From: Bugula neritina
Lineage: Eukaryota; Animalia; Bryozoa
DNA length: 64,000 nt
Reading direction: 5' to 3'
Assembly: GCA_964035545.1 (NCBI GenBank)
Contig: OZ037767.1
Span: 25,250,628-25,314,627, forward strand
Shown piece by piece: positions 51,078 to 64,000 of this stretch (position 1 is the first letter of the stretch; each line of letters begins with the position of its first letter). The position numbers and the translations under genes were made by a program. Below the pieces are notes generated by a model. The model saw only the letters and a list, made by a program, of their open reading frames with translations, ran no database searches and was not told the origin of the DNA.

Positions 51078-51200
51078 ATTGTTACAGTAGATATTCTCTC
51101 ACTACCATTGATGTCTTCATTGTTACAGTAGATATTCTCTCACTACCATTGATGTCTTTATTGTTACAGTAGATATTCTCTCACTACCATTGATGTCTTC
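51078..51200 (+). repeat. 3 x 41-bp tandem repeat spanning the PARP gene splice acceptor and start codon
   Basis: Unit attgttacagtagatattctctcactaccattgatgtctt(c/t) at 51078, 51119 and 51160. Confidence 0.95.
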
Positions 51201-54200
51201 GTTTCTGGAGTCCATCTCTGGCCTAGATGAAGTGTGTAGCAAACCTAAGAGGGCAAGGTATGATAACTCCAAAGAGACCGATAATGAGGTAAACGTGAGA
51301 AAAGCAATATTATTCCTTCAACTGTGTTCTAGTAAATAGTATATATCACGTGTATAGGTCTAAACAAATATGACAAACCTATATTACATATTATGTAATG
51401 ATATGTTATTTTTTGGTAGATATGTACCACACTTGATGATCCGTCCACTTCACAAGGTTTCTTTACTAATAGTTTAAGCAAAACACAGTGTGAAAAACTA
51501 TTCAGCGCTTGGGTTTTCACTAGCACAGGTGACTTGAATCTTTTGTCAAGAAACAAGAGCTATTTAAAGAGATGGCTACTTATGGATGATGTGGAACTTA
51601 CCTTCAATTCTGAAAAGCAGTGCTGCATAATTGAATCAAGTTCTGAAACCCTGGTGACCCAGAGTTGCCAGAATCTACAGGATGTTTTACAGAATAAGTG
51701 GTGCAAGACATTCAAATCTTGCAAAAGAGGTGTGGTTTCGTGGGTGACGTCAATTGATGGTGCAAGTAAATTGAAAGAATTAAACAGAAGATATGACACC
51801 AGCTCTGTAATCACAGCATTCTCTTCTGAGACTGATATGAATTCTCCGATTGGTCAAAGAACCAGTGATGATAAGCATGACACTTTGAATAACATGCCTT
51901 ACTTCCTGTCCGCCATACATAAGCTGAGTGTGTTTGAATTGAAGGTCAAGGACGTACAGGTATGTCAAAATAATTTTGTATTACAAAGTTAAATTGATGT
52001 TTTTCACCACCTTGGGATTGGAAAACATTTTAAATATTTAAAAAACCTATAATTCTAAAGCCGTTTTCTAGAGGGGGCCTGGAAAATTTTCTAATTGCTA
52101 ACAAATCACTTGGTGACACCACACTTTAATTTTTAAAAAATATGCAGTAGCTGTCTGTAGCTGCCCTTTTTCTATAAATTACTAGACATATCAGTTGCAT
52201 CATTATATATACACTTTTTATCCTATGCTAAATATAATTATTATAATTACTGTTTTTAATTTAAATTACTTTAAATAATTTTAGGTTGTTTTACAGTAGA
52301 TGTCATGCAATTACTATTTTTTATTTAGTAAATTTTCTTTACATTACGTAGGCCTGCTATCTACTGTGCTGCAGGTAGGTGGTATAATATGTTATTCTGC
52401 TGCCGCTGTCTCTTTGGTGGAACAGCACATCACGCCACCAACACTAACCACAGGTCTGCAGAAAGCCTTTCAAACAGAGAACCAGCAAACGATTTCCATA
52501 TTTTATGGAAACCTAGAGAACTGGAAAGTCAAGAAAACAGTATTTCAGGTGTTTCTCCTTGGCTTTCAAATATTTTCCTTTTTGATATTTTGCATACCTA
52601 TTTTGAATGTATGGATATTTAAAAGTTGTATGTTAGGCCCATATTAGGCAATAAATATTCAATAAGATTTAACTCAATACCAATCGTAAAGATATTAAAA
52701 GTATTTAATATGAATAAACGTTTAGCACGTTGAGACTACTATCAGAGCTGGACTTAACTTGATGAGTCATTTAAAGATACTGGCAATACCTGTATTGTCC
52801 TCACCAGAACTAGACTGTACCAACAGAGAACTGGCAGAGGTAACTGTTAGAAGTGTATTACTTCACCTGAGTGAGACACCAGAGAGCAAAACACAAAGAG
52901 TCTTGTTTGTAGCTTCACCCTCTGAAGAAAACCTGTATCTGGTAAGTTTGATAATATATAAACTGTATTCTATGGGCGAATACAGACTTTGAAACTGCTT
53001 CGTTTTCCACTTTCTTACTAATTCAATAAATATTAACTCATGTAAGAACTACATTGTTTTCTGGTCTTTATTAAAAAAAATTCTTTGCTAATTGTTTTGA
53101 GGGAAAGCATTTTAATTTAGTACAATATTATGGCTTACCTTATTTCGCATATTGTATACAAATAAATTAAAAGTTATGTTTACATCATTGCTGCTTAAAA
53201 CCCCGTTTTATGATTTAACAGAGTTAATTGCATATAATTAACCAACACATTCTTATCCAGGAAATAAAGGAAGCTCTGGATATAGTAAAGCAGCAAGTCT
53301 CATCTAGTAAAGCTGTAATGGTAACTGTACAGTTTGTGGGGTTTCAGGCTGAAAATGTAAGCATGGCTGCAGAAAACTTTACTCAATATGCCGATGAAGC
53401 AGTGATTGTTTCTAATTGGTCAACTTCTCAGCTCCAGACTGCATTAGGCAATATGTCTAATGAACAGGTCAGTTTTGCAGATAAAGCAAAAAATGCTACT
53501 CACTATTCTTATGCCTATGAACTCCGGCTGTGAAAACCAGGATTATGTATTACCACATTATAGCAATAAATTAATTAATCAGTGTATGCATAAGTTTGAA
53601 AACGACTTGTTTTCAAAGATTCAATTTTTCACTATAGTTTCACTATTATATTTTTTAGATGAACAGACTAGCACTTCTGTCAAGCAAAGTTAATGTTGAT
53701 ATGACGTGTGATGTGGATGATTTTGGCTTACTAGAAAACATACAGTTAGAAGGACTTCCAGCAGACGTAGAGTTGGTGCGAGACAAAGTTGCATCCCATC
53801 TCATCAGTTCCTCACCAGGTAACATGTACTGATGGAAAAAAGCTGTGAAACATGTTAATGTGCGACAGGGAAAACAGCTTCTAGAACAAATTGACTGACA
53901 TCTAAATAAACTCTTTCAAACCTAAGTTCTTCTTAGGGACCAACTATAAATGACTTTTGTACTTTCTGGGGCCATAACGCTATTGATTATTTTAGCTTAG
54001 TATATTACTTTAAAAAAGGAAGCTCGCGATTTTGAGGCACACAGAGCATTTAAGCTTTGTCCTTTAACCTTAGGTGAAGAACAGCTTCAAACTCTCTGTA
54101 TGAAAGAATTTTTTTTAAAGTTGCTTGTTTTTACATGACACATTTGGCAAAGATGACTTTGTATTGCTTCTGACACAGAGCTTTTGTGTAAATATTACCT

Positions 54201-55479
54201 TCTCTTTTAGTGAAGATGCTTAGAATTATGACTTTGTAAGCCATTGAATCAGTAAAATTAGACTTTTTGTTATGAAGAGCACATGTAAAATTTATTAACT
54301 ATCAATAAACAGTCTTGGAATAATAAAATTTGGTTTCCTCAGATATTGTGTAGTGAATCTGTTATAGTGAGCGAACATTTACCTCTACACTGGGTGAAAA
54401 ATCTGCACATGCATGAAATAGTTTTGGACCCTCAGAGTGATGAGTACAATTGTGTTCGAAAAAAGTTTAAAAAAGAAAATGATGAATTTGATGCTGTAGA
54501 GGTATGTGGGCTACTTGTTCAAAAATCATTAAAACTTAATATACAATTGCTTTCTTCTAATGAAATTACCTGGTATAACACTATTTGTTAAGCTTCTGTG
54601 TGAGCAATACATGGTATAATGCCTATTTGTTAAGCTCCTGCATGTGAGTAATGACAATTGTGAACAGATATCGCGAGTACAGAACAGAGAATTATATCTG
54701 CAATACCAAGAATACAAGCGCAGAGTGGAACGAGAGTGTGGTAAGAAATACGAAGCTAGCCAATCTATAGAGAGAGAGGTTTGGCACGGAACTTCAGCTG
54801 CAGTGGTGAAAAGTGTGTGCACCAAGGAGTTCAATAGATCCTTCAGCAGGTGTATGTTTTAAACTGCAGTTTTATAGCAATTACTTCAGTAGCCTCTGAA
54901 TATACGTATAACATTATCTTTACCAGCAATAAGTTGTATGTCATTCAATCCTATCCCAAGTTTTTATCTAATGGGTTGTTTTATAAGCAGCTCCGAGTTG
55001 GGGGTGAAGGACTACTGGGGTTTTCAAGTTTGAAGTTGGAGGACCTAACGCCCAAACATGAGAACCCTCAACTCGGAGCTGCTTATAGGACAATTCTTAT
55101 CTCATACTGCTATATTTAATTGCAATGCTGTAACTTTGCAGTATGCATAACTATTTAACAGCTATAATTTTGATCTTTTGCAGCCATGAACTTTGGGAAT
55201 GGAATATATTTTTCTCCCCATTCCTATACCTCTGTAAGATACTCAACTCAAATGGGTACAAGGTCTCAAAAATATTTTTATATCATGCTAGTAAAAGTTG
55301 TAACAGGAAACATGATTCAAGGTAAAGCAAATCTTAATGCCAAGACAATGAGAGAAAAAGGAAGTCATTCTACTGCAAATGTTCCCTGGTGCACTGACCC
55401 GGATGAAATTATTGTGTTTCACGATGCTGCTGCTTACCCAGAATACATTGTAAAATTTGAGGTCAGTTACGGCCTATAA
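51193..55479 (+). CDS. PARP14/PARP15-like mono-ADP-ribosyltransferase (~668 aa; degenerate macro-like region plus PARP catalytic domain)
   Basis: Exons 51193-51288, 51420-51959, 52375-52548, 52726-52941, 53261-53467, 53659-53818, 54368-54501, 54668-54851, 55184-55479 join in frame. ISRVQN..VWHGT..FNRSFS..FGNGIYF..VVTG..EIIVFHDAAAYPEYIVKF gives an H-Y-I triad (mono-ART). ILAIPVLSS..LAEVTVRSV..RVLFV resembles a macro-domain C-terminus. Some acceptor choices are inferred. Confidence 0.85.
54982..55087. repeat. Small inverted-repeat element (MITE-like) in the last PARP intron
   Basis: 19-bp perfect arms tataagcagctccgagttg / caactcggagctgcttata; a related sequence is at ~43660-43750. Confidence 0.65.
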
Positions 55480-56257
55480 CATGGATGATTGTATTTCACT
55501 TACTCTGAAAACGGAATAAATTGAAATCGTTCTGTTTTGTAACTATGCATAACATATCTTATTTCACAGCGTTGTAAAGCAATCAATTTCAAAACTTATT
55601 ATTACTGATATACCAATTTGATTTTTTTCTATACAGTAAAGATACTGTAAATTATGTTCTATCGACATTGCTAGAATAATGTTAGTTGAATGACGTACTC
55701 CCTGTTAATTTTTATGACTTATTATTTCCGTGCATTTTTTGAGTTGTTTCAATTGACATTAATCTATAAAAATTAATTGAAAAGGAATTTTTCATTGTTC
55801 AAAGAAACATTTGTATTATACAGGCTACTAAAGTTTATAATTTAACACTTTCATCATTTATATAATTAGGATGTAAGCTACTGTATGTAAGTTGTTTGTG
55901 GTAAATGAATAATGCCTACAGAATAAATTCTTGTGAGAGAATCGCAACTAAGTTTTAATGATGATGTATTAACCACTTTAGTAAGGTCTTGCAAAAGCAA
56001 AAATAAGCTAAACTTTAATTATGATCTTGTTTTGTAAAATCTTAGAAACCAATAAGTTTAGCTAAACATGTATACATTTCAAATAGTGGAAGTAATTAAA
56101 ATAAAAAAAGTCTTAAAAAATAAACAAGAATTGATTTGCATGGTTTAGTTGGAATATTGCAACAGCTGTCTATGATTTTTTGTTATTGAATGTTTTTCTC
56201 CTTTAGGTATTGTTGTAATTGCTGACATAGCCAAAACATATATATATATATATACAT

Positions 56258-56406
56258 ATAGAAGTGATTGATTATATTTACTATCAACATCTATATATGA
56301 GCATAAGTTGAACATAGGTAGGTTTTTTTTCAAAGAATAATCTTTTTTGAATTTCAAACTGGCAAAAAGCACTTAATCAGAAAATGTACAGCTTCATCAA
56401 TATCAC
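56258..56406 (-). pseudogene. Second decayed orphan exon-5 fragment of the secreted family
   Basis: tagaagtgattgattatatttactatcaacatctat..gagcataagttgaacatag..cagaaaatgtacagcttcatcaatatc matches the reverse complement of exon 5, with indels. Confidence 0.8.
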
Positions 56407-57227
56407 TGTATAATATTTAGCCCTACTATTCTTTGTGTTAATCTGATTTTTTATTGTTTGGCAGCTGAATCTTGTTATATGAAACGCTTTCATAAATTCA
56501 ACGAAACCTCTAAGCTAAAGGGTTTGGTTGAATTTTGTTTCTCTTCTCTCCCCTTCTTCTCTCCCCCAAACGTCTACTCAAAATTATTAGTAGCGGATAA
56601 CTCCTCAGCATTACTCACTTCAATATTAAGCAAATAATAACTTATATTTAATTTTGCAGTTTATTGTTTCAACCAAAATGTTTTAACTTTTAACCAATGA
56701 GCTGGAAACTGCCTTTCTAGCTCAGTGGTTTAGCTCAGATCAAAGTGCTGGAAAGCATACTATTGAGTTGTGCTACCTTTAAGAAGCAACTAGCTAGTAA
56801 TCAATGAAGTCCTCATTACTTTATTTAGTTTGTTTGAACGAACTCTGAAATTCTTAATAAGAGGTCAGTTGTAGTCAAATCGGGATTTAGGGGCGACATT
56901 CTAGGGTTCCCACATGACTTGGGATCTGCAGAATATTGTATCGGACTAATAATATTATGCGCCCACGGTGGGCGTGGCTTTAGTTGAAATAAAAAATCAA
57001 AATGGTATCAAAGGTTTGGTTTACTGCAGCCATAACAGCTCCAACTGCTATAGTTATACTCTAACATTTATTGTAATAAACTAAAAGTGACTTAGAGCAT
57101 GCGGTGTAAAATTAAATATTGATGTAATAATGAAAAACTAAATATCACTAAAGCAAATATAGCATTTACCATTTACTCTTTAGTCTTAGTTTTACTTTAA
57201 CTTTAAGTTTTACTGTTTTTGTTTTAC

Positions 57228-57490
57228 AGTACGAGTATTGAGTATCAGTATGAGTATGAGTATGACTATCAGTATCACTGTGAATGAGTATGAGTATCAG
57301 ATTCAGTATGACTATGAGTATCACTCTACTTTTCAGCTCCTAAGTTTAAGAGTAAGTCTATCAGTATTAGCACGTGTATCACTACCTCTATTACTATTAG
57401 TATTAGTATTACTATTAGTATTACTATAACTATTAGGCTGAGTCTATGACTATGAGTGTAGAGTCAGACTCAGAGTGAGAGTGTGGGTGT
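57228..57490. repeat. Degenerate hexamer simple repeat (TGAGTA/TTAGTA/TTACTA)
   Basis: Visible 6-nt periodicity. Confidence 0.8.
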
Positions 57491-58266
57491 TAGTGTTACT
57501 ATCAGTGTCGCTGTAAAAATAAAATTGATTAAATAGGTGGGAATAACTCGATTAGACAATTACAAAATGACTATCAAATTTAATGTAAATAGTAATACAT
57601 CATATTCATACTCATACTGAGTTATTCAATTGCAATTTTGTATCTATCGAAATTAACATCTATCAGTATTATTTAACAATATCAACATGAACATTTAAAT
57701 ATTTCATACAAGTACAAGTATGAATCATAATCATTATGATCATCGTAGTAATAATTATCATAATGATTAATGAGTGATGTTGACAATAATCATTAACAAA
57801 TTGAGAATCAAAATGATAAATAAATGATCTTAATTTTCATTTTCTTTTTTTATTCTGTCGATTATTTTGGCAGCTTGTCGGTGTAGGTAAGTATGTGCAT
57901 ATGGTTTTGTTACAAAATCGAAATAGTTGACAGCTGTTTTAAAGTAAAATGACAATTAATATTAAATATACAATAGCTTAAAGTAGTTTCAATGGACAGG
58001 TGATAGTAAGAAAAAGTAGCACTAGTAAGCAGTCAAAGGTGATAATGATGTAGCAGTTCTAATATTAACTCTCTGCAATTTATGTTTTTATGGAAAAAGA
58101 TTATGAGTCAATATTTAAGAGCTACTCGATGAATATCACATGTGTAGTTGTTTGTTGAACCTTTAAACTTGTTTTTATATTCTATTTTATGAAATTTATT
58201 TCATTTCTACTACATGTAATATGTTGTTTGCAGAGTTGCTTTCTCAATATTCACACTGGAATAACA

Positions 58267-64000
<5,734 letters not shown>

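Overview
AT-rich, intron-containing animal (invertebrate-like) genomic DNA; the species cannot be determined from the sequence. Left to right: a decayed gene fragment and a Penelope-like retroelement relic; a 6-exon class I SAM-methyltransferase gene; and a cluster of a 5-exon gene family encoding ~240-aa secreted proteins in two subtypes (A and B). The family has five intact copies, one doubly disrupted copy and two orphan exon-5 relics, built by a ~10.4-kb tandem duplication plus an inverted duplication. A full-length, young 8.0-kb Ty3/Gypsy LTR retrotransposon is inserted in the last exon of one copy. Then come a PARP14-like pseudogene, an intact PARP14/15-like mono-ADP-ribosyltransferase gene, and the 5' part of TMEM135. 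Two leads stand out, both hypotheses needing structural and experimental tests. (1) The secreted family has the residue pattern and intron phases of an IL-1/FGF-type beta-trefoil, carries NF-kB-type sites in its promoters and shows gene conversion of its 3' half; it is a candidate invertebrate cytokine cluster. (2) The Gypsy pol continues past integrase into an acidic + C2H2 zinc-finger + coiled-coil module, while its LTR U3 carries an array of CCGA-N4-CCGA sites; it is a candidate self-transactivating retrotransposon.
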